Source: Escherichia coli (GTDB lineage: Bacteria; Pseudomonadota; Gammaproteobacteria; Enterobacterales; Enterobacteriaceae). From it: a stretch of 64,000 nucleotides of DNA. This document shows positions 10,347 to 21,558 of the stretch, in pieces; the stretch's first letter is position 1; each line of letters opens with the position of its first letter. The translations under genes were made by a program, and so were the position numbers. Location of the stretch: assembly GCF_041248615.1 (NCBI RefSeq), contig NZ_CP158425.1; one strand, 5' to 3'. A model generated the notes under the pieces. It searched no databases. It saw nothing but the letters and a program-made list of their open reading frames with translations, and had not been told where the DNA came from.

Positions 10347-10560
10347 TTTTGTTCTCTTTTTTGGTTGGTTGTTTAACTGCGCTACAACACAACAATACCA
10401 GGTTCGACATTTTTCCTAATAGGTTGCGGAGAAGAAAAAGTAACTTTTTTTAAAAATTTTCCTGAGGCAATACTACTCGATCCGTCCGTTTTAAATCTTC
10501 ACAACAGTGGGCCGTTTTTACGTTTAAGCAAAATAACTGGTTCAGAAGGTGACTCAGAGA

Positions 10561-10575
10561 GAAAAGTTACTTTTC
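10561..10575. promoter_or_regulatory. palindromic motif GAAAAGTTACTTTTC (candidate operator)
   Basis: One of at least 14 copies of AAAAGT(A/T)ACTTTT in intergenic DNA; a second copy at 10435-10451. Confidence 0.5.
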
Positions 10576-11447
10576 CGGTTGTCTGGGCCAGTGATGGGAG
10601 AGTGGCAGGACAGGAATGGCTAAACCGGTGCGGGTCTCTTGTAAGTCGCAGGGGATTCAGGAGATATAGAGGTAAACTGGTACGTTCAGTTTTTGGATTG
10701 AGCCGGGCTTTTGGCCCGGGCTTAAGGAAGCAGAAATTTGAACGAACTGGCAGGTAATGCTTTATGCCGCCGACAGCTGGCCGTCAGTGCTTTGCTGTTC
10801 TGGTTTGACAGTTGGGGGATAACCGGCAGTTAGCCGCTGGCATTCCGCATCACAGAAAGCCCTGAGGTTGCTGAAGACGGACTCCATGAAATCAGCATGA
10901 GCATACGAGTCTACAGGACGTGTCTTGTTATCTTTCATCTTGTTCTCCTCAATCATTATTAAAACCAGCGGATTTAGTTTCTGGCGCTCCATCTGCTGAC
11001 CGGCTTTCCCAGAGAGCAGCGATGTGTCGGGTTCTTTTTCTCATTTTATCGTTTTCATCGGGCCCATCCGGGCGTATAAGAGACCGATTTGGCATGTTTA
11101 GGAAACGTACTGGCGTAATTAAAAGCTGAGGTTGGATTTGGAATAAAAGGATGCTTTTCCCGTTTGTCGGGTCTTTCGCCACCGCTGCACGATGATTCTG
11201 TCAGGCATTCTGCGCCCTCCCAGGCTGCACATCTGGAAACAAGCGTTGGGATGTTCCCTTCCCCTGCTCACCGTAGAAAGATCGGCAAGTCCCGACGGTC
11301 GTTCCGTACGAGCCGGGTCCAAATAATGAATAAATAAAACGCCGCTTCAATTGTATTGACAATAGAAGTCAGGAGGATCATAGTGTCATTCATGGTGCGG
11401 CTTTCGCACCACCGCCCCGGCGGTACCGGGCAGAACTGGAGTACCTC

Positions 11448-12392
11448 ATGAAACTTTCCCGTCAGACGACTTCTGATACTTCTGTTGATGGCCGTTCACG
11501 CGCATATGCCTGGGGCCGTGTCCATTATTTCATTATCGAACATGCACCAATGGCTGAGCTGGTCGCTATTGACGAGCTGCTGGAAAAAGCTGGCTGGAGC
11601 AATGACGGCTGTCCGAACTATGAGAAAGATGACGAGTTTGGTAATGCTGGTTACAGCTGTGGTTACTGGATCGATATTGACAGCGTGGGAAGCTTCAAGG
11701 CTGACTACAAACGTCTTAAGGGGGAGATTAGTGCGCATATCGCCTCAAAGGCGGCAGAGGTGGAGATCCGCGTACTGGACTCGATGTCCGACAAAGAATG
11801 TAAAGATGTTGCCTCGGTGGCATCTACTGTTCGCCGTGACTTACGTACGCAGTCCGAATCGCTTCATTCACTGCGTACAATCGTAACGGTTGATCATTAC
11901 AATCCCTATGTGACCACCAGCCGCCCGCTGAGCATTTCCGCCTGGACACTTATCCACGACTGTCTGAAAACAGGCACCATCAATGACGTCTGTTCACGGT
12001 TGAGTTCATTAATCCTGCACTCTGAAGCCGCGATTGCCCGTTGTAAGGGAAGCTCCGACTACTCTTCGGAACACGCTCAGCTATCGTTTTTTGCTGGTAA
12101 CGACTATGTCACCAGACGCACCCTTGTTGATGCAGCTCACGAAGAGGCTCTGCGAATGAACCGCCGCTTTGATGAACGCATTGCAATGAACGCGGATTCT
12201 GATGCCAGAAGGCTCCAGTGCGAATTCAACCTTAGCAACCATGTCGTACAGCGTAGGACCGTTGAATCTGCTCATATCCAGGCACTCAATGAAGACGTCA
12301 CCCGTTCACAGGCGGAACCACGCTGCCCTGGAAAGCTTCTTCTGAATATGACCAGTCATGAGGAAGTGCGGGACTCACTGAGCGCCTGTTAG
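11448..12392 (+). CDS. hypothetical protein
   Basis: 314-aa ORF heading a short plus-strand gene set. Confidence 0.45.
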   Translation: MKLSRQTTSDTSVDGRSRAYAWGRVHYFIIEHAPMAELVAIDELLEKAGWSNDGCPNYEKDDEFGNAGYSCGYWIDIDSVGSFKADYKRLKGEISAHIASKAAEVEIRVLDSMSDKECKDVASVASTVRRDLRTQSESLHSLRTIVTVDHYNPYVTTSRPLSISAWTLIHDCLKTGTINDVCSRLSSLILHSEAAIARCKGSSDYSSEHAQLSFFAGNDYVTRRTLVDAAHEEALRMNRRFDERIAMNADSDARRLQCEFNLSNHVVQRRTVESAHIQALNEDVTRSQAEPRCPGKLLLNMTSHEEVRDSLSAC

Positions 12393-12488
12393 TCCAGCGA
12401 CACCCCCTGCGGCTCTACTACCGGGCCGCAGTCTGCTCCTGCCCAGATGGTGCCAGTGGTGTAATGAATTTGTTTAATAAGGCTAAGT

Positions 12489-13091
12489 ATGATGAATAAA
12501 GAACAACTAATCGACAAACTGGAACGCGTGGTATGTGGTCAGTACTCCTACGAAATGCAGGAGCTTGCGTATTCGGCCCTCTGCTGCATTAAAGGCACCC
12601 CGGACGACTGCGCTAAGTTCCCTGTTACGCGTCCGCTGCCTGACACCTTAGTGGACGTATGGGACGAAATCGGGCAATACCTTGGCACAGGCAAAGCCAT
12701 TGAAACTCGCAGTTGCGGCGTTTCGCTTCTGCTTCATGGACACTGCTACGATTCAAATCATGTGCTTTACTGGCGCAATGCTGGCGCACTTCCAGCAGCT
12801 TGCGATACGCCACTGGCTGGTGGGTCTCGCAAACTGTTCACCTGCTCAGCCTGTGGAGTGGACGGTCTGGATGAACCACCTGAAACCAGTTGCCACTGCT
12901 GCACAGAGGGGGCCCACTGGGTTGAGAGCAGGCTCTTCACCTCCGGGCAGGCAGACCCTGAAGAATTTAGACCCGTGGCGGTCGTGAAAGAGTGTGCAGG
13001 CTCAACGCCGGATGATCGGCTCATCTGGAGTGTGATTGAACAGCTCAACGGCGAACTGGCGGAAGGCGATAAACTATTTAAGCGACGCTGA
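12489..13091 (+). CDS. cysteine-rich hypothetical protein
   Basis: 200-aa ORF with many Cys/His residues. Confidence 0.45.
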   Translation: MMNKEQLIDKLERVVCGQYSYEMQELAYSALCCIKGTPDDCAKFPVTRPLPDTLVDVWDEIGQYLGTGKAIETRSCGVSLLLHGHCYDSNHVLYWRNAGALPAACDTPLAGGSRKLFTCSACGVDGLDEPPETSCHCCTEGAHWVESRLFTSGQADPEEFRPVAVVKECAGSTPDDRLIWSVIEQLNGELAEGDKLFKRR

Positions 13092-13144
13092 CAGATCACG
13101 GCAGCATTTATAACAGACGAACTCCAGAATAATTTAAAGCAACC

Positions 13145-13501
13145 ATGAACATGAAAAAGCCCAAAGCTGCATTACAGAATGCCATGAAAGAAGATGTGCC
13201 AGCTGTGACACAGATTCAGATGCGATCTACGGTTTCCAGAAAGGTTCGCTATGTAAAACAGGCAAATCGAGAGGGTCTGAAATTATCTGAGTGGATGTCG
13301 CGGCATCTCGACGCTGTCTGTGATACCGCAGATGAGATTCATAAAGGCAAACGCTCAACTCCGGTTGCGCCTGGGAAGATTCCCCCAGAGGTATACCAGG
13401 TGATATACGATCAGTGCGGCGGGTTCGTGGAGTGTGATGCTAATGCCCAGGTTATCTGGGAAGCCTGCCGTAATGCCATTCTTAACGGAGACAAAGGGTA
13501 A
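13145..13501 (+). CDS. putative ribbon-helix-helix DNA-binding protein
   Basis: QIQMRSTVSRKVRYVKQANREGLKLSEWM has a beta-strand then helix pattern; paralog of ORF 38999..39256. Confidence 0.4.
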   Translation: MNMKKPKAALQNAMKEDVPAVTQIQMRSTVSRKVRYVKQANREGLKLSEWMSRHLDAVCDTADEIHKGKRSTPVAPGKIPPEVYQVIYDQCGGFVECDANAQVIWEACRNAILNGDKG

Positions 13502-13531
13502 ACGGCAGGTATCGCCTGTCATTTTACCCTT

Positions 13532-13750
13532 GTGAGGACAATACTGATGAACCATGAGAGCCGAACTGTATACCTGAACACGGCCATTGAGGCCCTGCTG
13601 AAAGCTGAGGCGGCTCTGAACGATCTGGCATTAGCCTATGAGCTTAAACCTGATGAAAAGGCAAGCGCATGCCATCCCAGAACCGGCACACTTTCCACTG
13701 CGTCCCAGGTAAAAAAACTCCGCCGTGTCCTTGAGAAGCAGAAGGTATGA
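13532..13750 (+). CDS. hypothetical small protein
   Basis: 72-aa ORF. Confidence 0.3.
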   Translation: MRTILMNHESRTVYLNTAIEALLKAEAALNDLALAYELKPDEKASACHPRTGTLSTASQVKKLRRVLEKQKV

Positions 13751-14063
13751 AGGGCTGCATCAGCCAGGCCCGGATATAAATACATGCTCTGCCAGGTGAG
13801 TACCACTGCCCGGTAGCCGAATGATAAGTTTTGATTTCACGGTTGCAATTTCTCCCTCTGGCATCACTGCTCCACGATGCACCCCGATCAGCTTAGCGTC
13901 TGAAAATGAAGATGCACCGGACCTGCATGAAGCGGAACGGTGCCCAGCTGAGTGTTTGTGGGCACAATGAACCGCAATTTCATGATGGGAATGAAAGATG
14001 GCTGGTGGCCCGCTGATATGAACGCTTACCCTGCATAACGTTACTAACCACAATCTTTTCACT

Positions 14064-14099
14064 AAAAGAAAAAAGGGTTCCTCCGCTTTAGAGGAACCC
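14064..14099 (-). terminator. rho-independent terminator
   Basis: GGGTTCCTC/GAGGAACCC stem with T-run on the minus strand; a second GC-rich hairpin at 14141-14161. Confidence 0.5.
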
Positions 14100-14168
14100 T
14101 TTCAAAAGGTGCCGATGGCATACTAATCCACACCCTGAAAAGAGGGGGGTTGCCCCCCTCTTTGTCAG

Positions 14169-14327
14169 CTACTTACCGGATTCGTAGGCCAGGATAGCAA
14201 ATACCTCCCTTGTTCCGTCTTTCATCCGCAACTCGCAAAGCGAGTTTCGTGTGAGCCAGGTGAATATCAACAGCGTTAAACAAACTATTAATATGCACAA
14301 AACAATGGGTTGGTTCGGCATTTTCAT
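14169..14327 (-). CDS. small membrane protein
   Basis: Hydrophobic 52-aa core of ORF 14169..14468; start uncertain. Confidence 0.3.
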   Translation of the reverse strand: MKMPNQPIVLCILIVCLTLLIFTWLTRNSLCELRMKDGTREVFAILAYESGK

Positions 14328-14681
14328 GGCCTTCTTCTCCTTGCATTTAAGCAGGCAAGAGGCTACGCTGTGTGTGACTAGCATACAGGGGCCTCGGGTT
14401 AATTGAAAAATTACTCGGGGCTTTCTGCTTTTACCACAGTCAAACAGTGTTACCGCTGGCTGGGGCAAAAGCCTCCAGCACCAGCGTCATTATATCACTC
14501 TGCCCTGATCAGCCAAACACCCTGCCTGCATAAATCATTGATTTATAATTTATTTGACATGAGTCACTTCCGGTTGTCGGAGACAGTCTTTTTACACTAA
14601 AGAAAAGGGTAACGGGCAGCTGCTTGGTCGGAACATACAGTGCAGTTCCTGCCCGTTTAATTTCCGGATGCAATGGTAGGA

Positions 14682-15287
14682 TCAGGAGGCACTGGTTCCG
14701 TTGATTAGGGAAAGCTTATGTGCCTGAATACGGCTGTATTCGAGATGGGATGGAATATTACAGATGCGCTCCAGTCGATCATGCAGCCTCGTGTAGGTCA
14801 GTCGATGAATACCGGACATTTCATCAAGTAGCCAGCGCTTGATGTAAGGGTTACAGGAAAGCCGGGCAAGATCGTCGTCATCCACTTCGTCAAAGAACCA
14901 GTACTGCTCCATCGGGACTACCTGAAATATCCACGGCCGGGGATAGTCCCCTGTGACAACCAAAAACCATGCGAGAAAGCATAGACACAGCTCAACGATC
15001 ATCAGCATCGAAAATTGCGAATAACTTAGACCAGGCACATAGGGTGAACTATCCGCAACATACCCCCTGAACAATTCCGCCACAAGGTAGCCCAATAGCG
15101 ACAAGGCCAGCATCAGGGTCAGGATTAATCCCCCATTAAACGCTACCGAAGCCTTTTGAACCCGATCAGGTGCTGTCCGGCTGCGATAGTTGGTCACTAC
15201 TCTTTCTACAAGTGCCCTTATGGCAGCCTGTTCTTTACTGACATCAGCTCCGGAAAAACCGGACGGGCTTTTATTTAATTCAGTCAT
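14682..15287 (-). CDS. membrane protein
   Basis: 201-aa ORF with three hydrophobic segments. Confidence 0.5.
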   Translation of the reverse strand: MTELNKSPSGFSGADVSKEQAAIRALVERVVTNYRSRTAPDRVQKASVAFNGGLILTLMLALSLLGYLVAELFRGYVADSSPYVPGLSYSQFSMLMIVELCLCFLAWFLVVTGDYPRPWIFQVVPMEQYWFFDEVDDDDLARLSCNPYIKRWLLDEMSGIHRLTYTRLHDRLERICNIPSHLEYSRIQAHKLSLINGTSAS

Positions 15288-15502
15288 ACCCCACTCCTGT
15301 TATGTGCTCTACTGAACAAACACGTAGATCATACAGAGCTCACGGACGCACTCCTGCCAGATAAAGGAGGGAATTTGGCTGTAAGACGGTTAGCCAACAG
15401 TTCAGGTTATGCGTGGGATCCGGCCAGTCAGAAAGGATTCCGTTATTAACAGGCAAGGTTAAAGGCAGATGGACGTTGAAATTGTGGATGCTAAAAGGGG
15501 TA

Positions 15503-15784
15503 TTACTCTTTTTCCTGCATAGCGGCTTTTTCAGCCCGGGTGGCCAGGCGAGCATTTCCGAAAGGTTCACGGACAAGCAGGGGCTTCTCCTTCTTCCAGC
15601 CCCTGATAGCCGTTTCTCCAAAACGACGTGGTGCATTGCCGTTCCAGCGAGCAATCACATGATTATCATGAATTTCTATAATGACAACGGGGTGGACAAT
15701 GACCGTTGTAATGGTGGTATTTCCCATTTTGGTACGGGTTACAGACCAAACCTGCATCCCGGATTCCAGCTGGCTGATTTTCAT
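15503..15784 (-). CDS. hypothetical protein
   Basis: 93-aa ORF with AAGGA RBS; overlapping alternative frames judged less likely. Confidence 0.4.
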   Translation of the reverse strand: MKISQLESGMQVWSVTRTKMGNTTITTVIVHPVVIIEIHDNHVIARWNGNAPRRFGETAIRGWKKEKPLLVREPFGNARLATRAEKAAMQEKE

Positions 15785-16158
15785 ATTATATCCTTAAGCC
15801 AACACGAACTGCGCCACAAAAATTAATGTGGCGCAATTTACCATAAACAATAAACATCAGATACCCGTGAAGAGATTTCCCTTTATTTTAAAATTCTTCT
15901 GGAGAAAAAATGATATTTCCAGAAGAAGTCAGCGAAATTCAGAAACGGCCATCACAATGGTGCTGCGCTGACGCTGGCGTTCTGCCTTGCGCTGCCTGCG
16001 GCGATAGATCTATTTTGCGCTGACGTAAGGGCAGTCCTCACGGGTATACCAGCAGCAGCCGCAAGGTTCGGGCCGGGGTTTTCCGGCAAGTCCAAATGGT
16101 TTCATCAAGTCACCTTTTTAATATTTTTAATGGCAAGATACTTCCCTAACACATTGTT

Positions 16159-16470
16159 TTATCGCATATAACGCTGTTGCATAAACAGATACAGATAACC
16201 CTCAGGAGAAAACATGCAAAGGTTATCAGTGATAACCGCATCCAGATACCGAGTGTCAGTCTGTAAACGTTTTATCACCAGAAAATGTGCTGCCGCAGCC
16301 TTAATGCCAGAACTACCGTTTACAACATTATGTATACCCGCTTCGAATAACGAACGAGCATGAATTACCTTTTCCCGGGCCGCTTCGATCTCCGCATTAA
16401 TAACGCATTGCCGCGCCTGGATGACTGCCTCTCCGGTTAAATCGCGGAAATTCATTAGAGATGTGATCAT
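16159..16470 (-). CDS. hypothetical protein
   Basis: 103-aa ORF preceded by the GGTTATT box and TTATAAT. Confidence 0.45.
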   Translation of the reverse strand: MITSLMNFRDLTGEAVIQARQCVINAEIEAAREKVIHARSLFEAGIHNVVNGSSGIKAAAAHFLVIKRLQTDTRYLDAVITDNLCMFSPEGYLYLFMQQRYMR

Positions 16471-16692
16471 GATTAACTCTCCAGATTATGTGGAATCATT
16501 ATAACAACTGGCATCCCGCCACAAATAACCTGAGAAAAATTCTTTGAAATATTCCTATATATAAGGAATTACAGTCGGAAAAGAAACGATGAAATAGCGC
16601 CGACCGCTTAAAATCGATAAATTAAAATGGACGGCACTGGAATGAAAAACTGAAAGTAGTAAGACCGTAATTATCCTTCACGGATGTAAGCT

Positions 16693-16893
16693 TTATAAGA
16701 GGAGTACTGGCAAAGCTTTGCCAAGTACTTCGGCGGTTGTGTCTACGATTTTACGGATGTCATCGATCTGCGAAGGCTTATTCAACACCACCGTAAAAAG
16801 CTCTCCTTCGTTATCAGCCTGCTCGCAGTTTCCGTATCGGCTCCCGTCGTACAGCTGCACAATACGTGACATAGAAGACTTTGTTTGTTTCAT
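16693..16893 (-). CDS. hypothetical small protein
   Basis: 66-aa ORF. Confidence 0.35.
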   Translation of the reverse strand: MKQTKSSMSRIVQLYDGSRYGNCEQADNEGELFTVVLNKPSQIDDIRKIVDTTAEVLGKALPVLLL

Positions 16894-16932
16894 GGCTTTG
16901 CACCTGCTTTTAGGCAGTTTGGTTACTGGTTA

Positions 16933-17157
16933 TCAGAAGCTGGTTTCATGCGCTTCCGGCTGGGACACGAACTGGTATTTGACGCCGCCAGGCACACCTA
17001 CTGCTTCGGCAATAGAGTCGCAAAGCCGCGATAAATCATTTAGTGTCATCGGATATTCAATATCTACAGAATATAAAGCACCTGCATTTTCAGCATCTTC
17101 GATGTTTTTATACTGGGCACTAAATATAGCAATGGTCTGAATTTCGTGGTTATGCAT
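16933..17157 (-). CDS. hypothetical protein, paralog of 23435..23674
   Basis: Shares EYPMTLNDLSRLCDSIAEAVGVPGG with IEHPMTLNDLSLLCESVADAVGAPGG. Confidence 0.45.
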   Translation of the reverse strand: MHNHEIQTIAIFSAQYKNIEDAENAGALYSVDIEYPMTLNDLSRLCDSIAEAVGVPGGVKYQFVSQPEAHETSF

Positions 17158-17211
17158 GAACCGGTCCTTATTAAATTATAAAAGCCACCCGAGAGTGGCC
17201 TGAGTTGAAAC

Positions 17212-17415
17212 TTAAATCTGTGAAGTATTTTTGAGAGATTTTTTGCGATCCAGATGCCGGGCAACAATGGTTCCGATAACAAGTAGCATGATGACCGCAC
17301 TGAAGAAGGTGCTGTCAGGGACGCCCTGGAAAAAATCACTGAAACTGTAAACAATAAAAATCAATGCGCAAAAATAGAAAACGATACGAACATAAGGGGT
17401 AAAAAACATTTTCAT
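17212..17415 (-). CDS. small membrane protein
   Basis: 67-aa hydrophobic ORF. Confidence 0.4.
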   Translation of the reverse strand: MKMFFTPYVRIVFYFCALIFIVYSFSDFFQGVPDSTFFSAVIMLLVIGTIVARHLDRKKSLKNTSQI

Positions 17416-17594
17416 CGGTTGCCTTCCATTCAGGGAGAATTCTCAGTAATTACATCACACCTGAAGAGAAACTATTTTCGTATAAATGAGCATTTTCGAC
17501 ATATCAGAGGGGGGGTTTACTCATAAATGAGGTAGTAAGGGTCACACTTGAGGTGAAAGTTACTTTCCTGGCTGCGAACGAACTATCTCAAATG

Positions 17595-17888
17595 TTAGAG
17601 GTGTGCGTTCGCCTTGAGAGCCTCATGCCCTGAGGAGCTCAACTTGAGCCGATAGTATAAACCTGGCTCCAGATGGCTTGCTGGCTGGCATAACTCCACG
17701 AGGCCGAGCCGGAACAGGACCGGAGAGCTCCTGCACGTCACATCATCAGGATTCCCCATAAACGTACGCCGTTCTCTGGCCCGTCTGAAATTGCCAGAGA
17801 TATCATAGACCGTGCCGGATGCCATCCGTCGTAACACGTAAATCTGTGCCATTGTAAGCTTCTGGGCGGAACTGCTTAAACCTGACAT
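17595..17888 (-). CDS. hypothetical protein
   Basis: 97-aa ORF. Confidence 0.4.
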   Translation of the reverse strand: MSGLSSSAQKLTMAQIYVLRRMASGTVYDISGNFRRARERRTFMGNPDDVTCRSSPVLFRLGLVELCQPASHLEPGLYYRLKLSSSGHEALKANAHL

Positions 17889-18178
17889 ACCTTCCCCTCC
17901 TTATATAAAACAATCCGCCAGCAGCTCGACTGGCGGACAATGTTTGACTGGCAACAGCAAGGACATACTATTTAGTGACAAGTTTGATCTTGGTTTCACT
18001 CATTCGAAGTCGAAACTCCTGAAAACCCTGCTCTACCGCTAACTCCAGCCACTCAACGGGAATGGTATAGCTACAATCAGACCCACCCAAAGCGGCATCA
18101 CAAGCGTAATCCCAGTCCTCATCCTGAACCGCCCCGGGAATCCTGGAGACTAAACTTCCTGAGAAAGAGGTAAACAGG

Positions 18179-18505
18179 ATGACTAAAAATACTCGTTTTT
18201 CCCCCGAAGTCCGTCAACGGGCAGTCCGTATGGTTCTGGAAAGTCAGAGCGAATATGACTCACAATGGGCGACAATTTGTTCCATTGCTCCAAAGATTGG
18301 CTGTACGCCGGAGACTCTGCGTGTCTGGGTTCGCCAGCATGAGCGGGATACCGGGGGCGGTGATGGAGGGCTCACCACCGCTGAACGTCAGCGTCTGAAA
18401 GAGCTGGAACGTGAAAATCGTGAACTGCGCCGCAGTAACGATATCCTTCGCCAGGCTTCCGCTTATTTTGCGAAGGCGGAGTTCGACCGCCTCTGGAAAA
18501 AATGA
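18179..18505 (+). CDS. IS3-family transposase OrfA
   Basis: 108-aa product recognised from memory as IS629/IS1203 OrfA. Confidence 0.9.
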   Translation: MTKNTRFSPEVRQRAVRMVLESQSEYDSQWATICSIAPKIGCTPETLRVWVRQHERDTGGGDGGLTTAERQRLKELERENRELRRSNDILRQASAYFAKAEFDRLWKK

Positions 18506-19392
18506 TGCCACTGCTGGATAAGCTGCGTGAGCAGTACGGGGTCGGACCGCTATGCAGCGAACTGCATATTGCCCCGTCAACGTATTACCACTGTCAGCAA
18601 CAGCGACATCATCCGGATAAACGCAGTGCCCGTGCGCAGCGCGATGACTGGCTGAAGAAAGAGATACAGCGCGTATACGATGAAAATCACAAGGTATACG
18701 GTGTGCGTAAAGTCTGGCGTCAGTTGTTACGGGAAGGTATCAGAGTGGCCAGATGCACTGTGGCACGTCTCATGGCGGTTATGGGACTTGCCGGTGTTCT
18801 CCGGGGTAAAAAGGTCCGTACGACCATCAGCCGGAAAGCCGTTGCCGCAGGCGACCGCGTAAACCGTCAGTTCGTGGCAGAACGACCTGACCAGCTGTGG
18901 GTGGCTGATTTTACTTACGTCAGCACATGGCGGGGCTTCGTCTATGTGGCGTTCATCATTGATGTGTTTGCCGGATACATCGTGGGGTGGCGGGTCTCAT
19001 CGTCCATGGAAACGACATTCGTGCTGGATGCACTGGAGCAGGCGTTATGGGCCCGTCGACCGTCCGGCACGGTCCATCACAGTGATAAAGGTTCTCAGTA
19101 TGTATCGCTGGCCTACACACAGCGGCTTAAGGAAGCCGGATTACTGGCATCAACAGGAAGTACAGGCGACTCGTATGACAACGCGATGGCGGAGAGCATC
19201 AATGGTCTTTACAAAGCGGAGGTAATACACCGTAAGAGCTGGAAAAACCGTGCAGAAGTGGAACTGGCCACACTCACGTGGGTGGACTGGTATAACAATC
19301 GACGATTGCTGGAAAGGCTGGGCCATACTCCTCCGGCAGAAGCAGAAAAAGCTTATTATGCTTCCATCGGAAACGATGATCTGGCAGCCTGA
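18502..19392 (+). CDS. IS3-family transposase OrfB (integrase core)
   Basis: 296-aa product; -1 frame relative to orfA with a poly-A stretch at the junction. Confidence 0.9.
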   Translation: MMPLLDKLREQYGVGPLCSELHIAPSTYYHCQQQRHHPDKRSARAQRDDWLKKEIQRVYDENHKVYGVRKVWRQLLREGIRVARCTVARLMAVMGLAGVLRGKKVRTTISRKAVAAGDRVNRQFVAERPDQLWVADFTYVSTWRGFVYVAFIIDVFAGYIVGWRVSSSMETTFVLDALEQALWARRPSGTVHHSDKGSQYVSLAYTQRLKEAGLLASTGSTGDSYDNAMAESINGLYKAEVIHRKSWKNRAEVELATLTWVDWYNNRRLLERLGHTPPAEAEKAYYASIGNDDLAA

Positions 19393-19434
19393 GTTCACAG
19401 ATAAAACACTCTCCAGGAAACCCGGGGCGGTTCA

Positions 19435-19772
19435 TCCAGTTTTGGATTCATCCCCTGGGCGTAAGCCACAGTATCGCGGGATGCGGGAGAGCCCTCAAGC
19501 TCAGCATTAGTGATCAGGTATACACCATGACTGTGCGCGAGAAGCACTTTTGGCACCAGATGTGTGCTGGCAATTTTTGAGGATGAGGGAAAGAAAACCC
19601 TACCAGCTTTACGCGCCTCTTCTTCAGTCTGTCCCTCAGCGTTAAGGAGGGCTCCCCCCGGATAGCATGCCGGGTCATAGATCTGATCTGCGGTGACCGA
19701 AAACGTTTTTGCGGTGCGAATTTCTTCGATCAGTTTATTAATATCCGCCATTTCAAATACGAGAGTGGTCAC
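19435..19772 (-). pseudogene. N-terminal part of a gene interrupted by IS629 copy 1 (remainder at 17968-18121)
   Basis: ORF 19395..19772 takes its last 13 codons and stop from the IS; removing the IS and one TCC restores an open frame to a stop at 17968. Confidence 0.4.
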
Positions 19773-19776
19773 AGGC

Positions 19777-20124
19777 TTACTCTCCCTCTTCAGTGGACAA
19801 CATCAGATACTTTGTTGCCAGCAGAAGCTCTCCCACATCCTTGAGGGACAATTCAGCTTTGCCTTCTACGGCAAGCTGCAAGCGCTGTCGAATTGCATGA
19901 ACAGAATCTGAAGATAAAGATGCCATTTTGCGCAAAACGGCATTAGCCTTTTCTACAGCAGGATACAGAATTTCTGAGTTGGTATTATCTTCGTCATTAT
20001 CAAAGATAATTTCAGAATCCATATTGATGTTATCTTCAAGCCAGCTTGAAAGCACTTCAAGTAATGACATCACCTTTTCAATTTGCATATCGCCTCCTCT
20101 GTTAATGTGAAACAAATATAACAA
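19777..20124 (-). CDS. hypothetical protein
   Basis: 115-aa acidic ORF with GAGGAGG RBS. Confidence 0.45.
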   Translation of the reverse strand: MLYLFHINRGGDMQIEKVMSLLEVLSSWLEDNINMDSEIIFDNDEDNTNSEILYPAVEKANAVLRKMASLSSDSVHAIRQRLQLAVEGKAELSLKDVGELLLATKYLMLSTEEGE

Positions 20125-20142
20125 AGTGGCTTACCCGGCTAA

Positions 20143-20198
20143 TAACCTGAGCAGAAAGTTTTCGCACTTTGTTTGAAAACAACTTTTCTGCTCAGGTT
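20143..20198. promoter_or_regulatory. inverted repeat (about 17-bp arms) overlapping the GGTTATTAGC promoter box
   Basis: AACCTGAGCAGAAAGTT ... AACTTTTCTGCTCAGGTT immediately upstream of the 19777..20124 promoter. Confidence 0.45.
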
Positions 20199-20603
20199 AA
20201 TGTTAAAGTCGCTGTGTAAAAGATAAAGGGCACTAAAGATGATTTAAGCATCAAACAGACTAAATCGGATTCCGTCTTTTATATCGCTTTTAAAATAGAA
20301 TGAATGAAATATAAATTTAGCGTTTATGATTGAACGCTGTAGAGGTTGATTTATCCAGTGATATTCAGTTTGGGGCCTTAAAAAGGTTTTATTTTGGATT
20401 CGAATTACAAAGGGAGCACCGACATTTTTCTGGGGGCTCCCGCAGAGAAAAAGCGGTGAGGCTATGAAGACGAAGAGGAGGTATTCGACGAAATACTGTA
20501 TGGCCACAGGAGAGCTTCAGCACCCATATCCTGCCGTCTCGCTCGCCTGTAATGATTTCAACATGTACAACGTCATACCACGTAGTTGTATTTCTCACTT
20601 TGT

Positions 20604-20924
20604 TTATGCTTCCTGACACCGTGTGAACGCAATCTTCGTCTGGATGCGTTCATAGATGGAAAACTGCCTTTCAATGGAACCGGCATTAGACAGTAATTCA
20701 TGAAGCTCAGCAGAGTCTGTATCGGGAACGATAGCTACAGAAACTCCATATCTCCGTCCAATTTTGATTAGGTGCGCAAGCTGTTCTTTTTCGGATTCTG
20801 TGAGCATTGCCAGATCTCTTCCGGACACCTGCTCTATAAACGAACCAAGGTTTTTGGGAAAAAAGGGTTCGGCATCAGAGTTATGTGCTGGGCGCGTCTG
20901 CGGCTTATCGAAGCTATTGGGCAT
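20604..20924 (-). CDS. hypothetical protein
   Basis: 106-aa ORF. Confidence 0.4.
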   Translation of the reverse strand: MPNSFDKPQTRPAHNSDAEPFFPKNLGSFIEQVSGRDLAMLTESEKEQLAHLIKIGRRYGVSVAIVPDTDSAELHELLSNAGSIERQFSIYERIQTKIAFTRCQEA

Positions 20925-21103
20925 GAATAGAACCTATACAGTTAGAGAACTGGAGAATGGATAAAGACTCTATGAAAATCAGTTGTGCTACACTCGAATG
21001 CTAATCAAGCTTTATGATGGCTTTAGTAGGGATGGCCGTCAACTTAAACCGATAAGAAGGGAGCCATTTATCGTTAAAGTAACTTTCCCGGATGATGCTC
21101 TTT

Positions 21104-21331
21104 TTACGAAATAAGTTTCTCACACTCCTGTATAAGAGTCGCCCTGGAACGAGATCGACTGGCTTTGCTTAATGAAGAGCGTAGTTGATGTTCATCAACC
21201 CCATCAGCGATAAACTGACCGATTTTTGTTTCAAGCCGCTGCATTGCCTCGTAAAGCTTGGCATCCGCATTATTTTTAAGAAACCTCAGTATATAATCAG
21301 CAATAATTTGGACGGGAGTGAACTTATACAT
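21104..21331 (-). CDS. hypothetical small protein
   Basis: 75-aa ORF. Confidence 0.3.
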   Translation of the reverse strand: MYKFTPVQIIADYILRFLKNNADAKLYEAMQRLETKIGQFIADGVDEHQLRSSLSKASRSRSRATLIQECEKLIS

Positions 21332-21558
21332 TATGTATCCTTAAGACGTTGTGTTAAATGATTCAAAAAAATTTATAACCAGACGTAAATTATTATACAT
21401 AAGTAAGCACTTTAGCTAACAAGCTGGAGGAGTGAATTTCGGTTAGCAACTATATTTTAGAAGCTGATTGCTGAATAGACAAAGCCCGGCTTACCGGGCA
21501 TTCATTTAATTAGATGCTAGAAATCTGACCCGTCGTCTGACTTTTATTCCAGGCAGAG

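Larger units (their letters stand above)
18125..19434 (+). mobile_element. IS629-like insertion sequence (IS3 family), copy 1, 1310 bp
   Basis: Terminal inverted repeats TGAACCGCCCCGGG / CCCGGGGCGGTTCA; orfA/orfB in -1 frame arrangement; flanked by TCC on both sides. Confidence 0.9.

Noticed and set aside
15340-15826. Overlapping ORFs 15340..15654 (minus) and 15413..15826 (plus)
   Set aside because: They mutually overlap and lack an RBS; only 15503..15784 has a plausible RBS, and even that is kept at low confidence.
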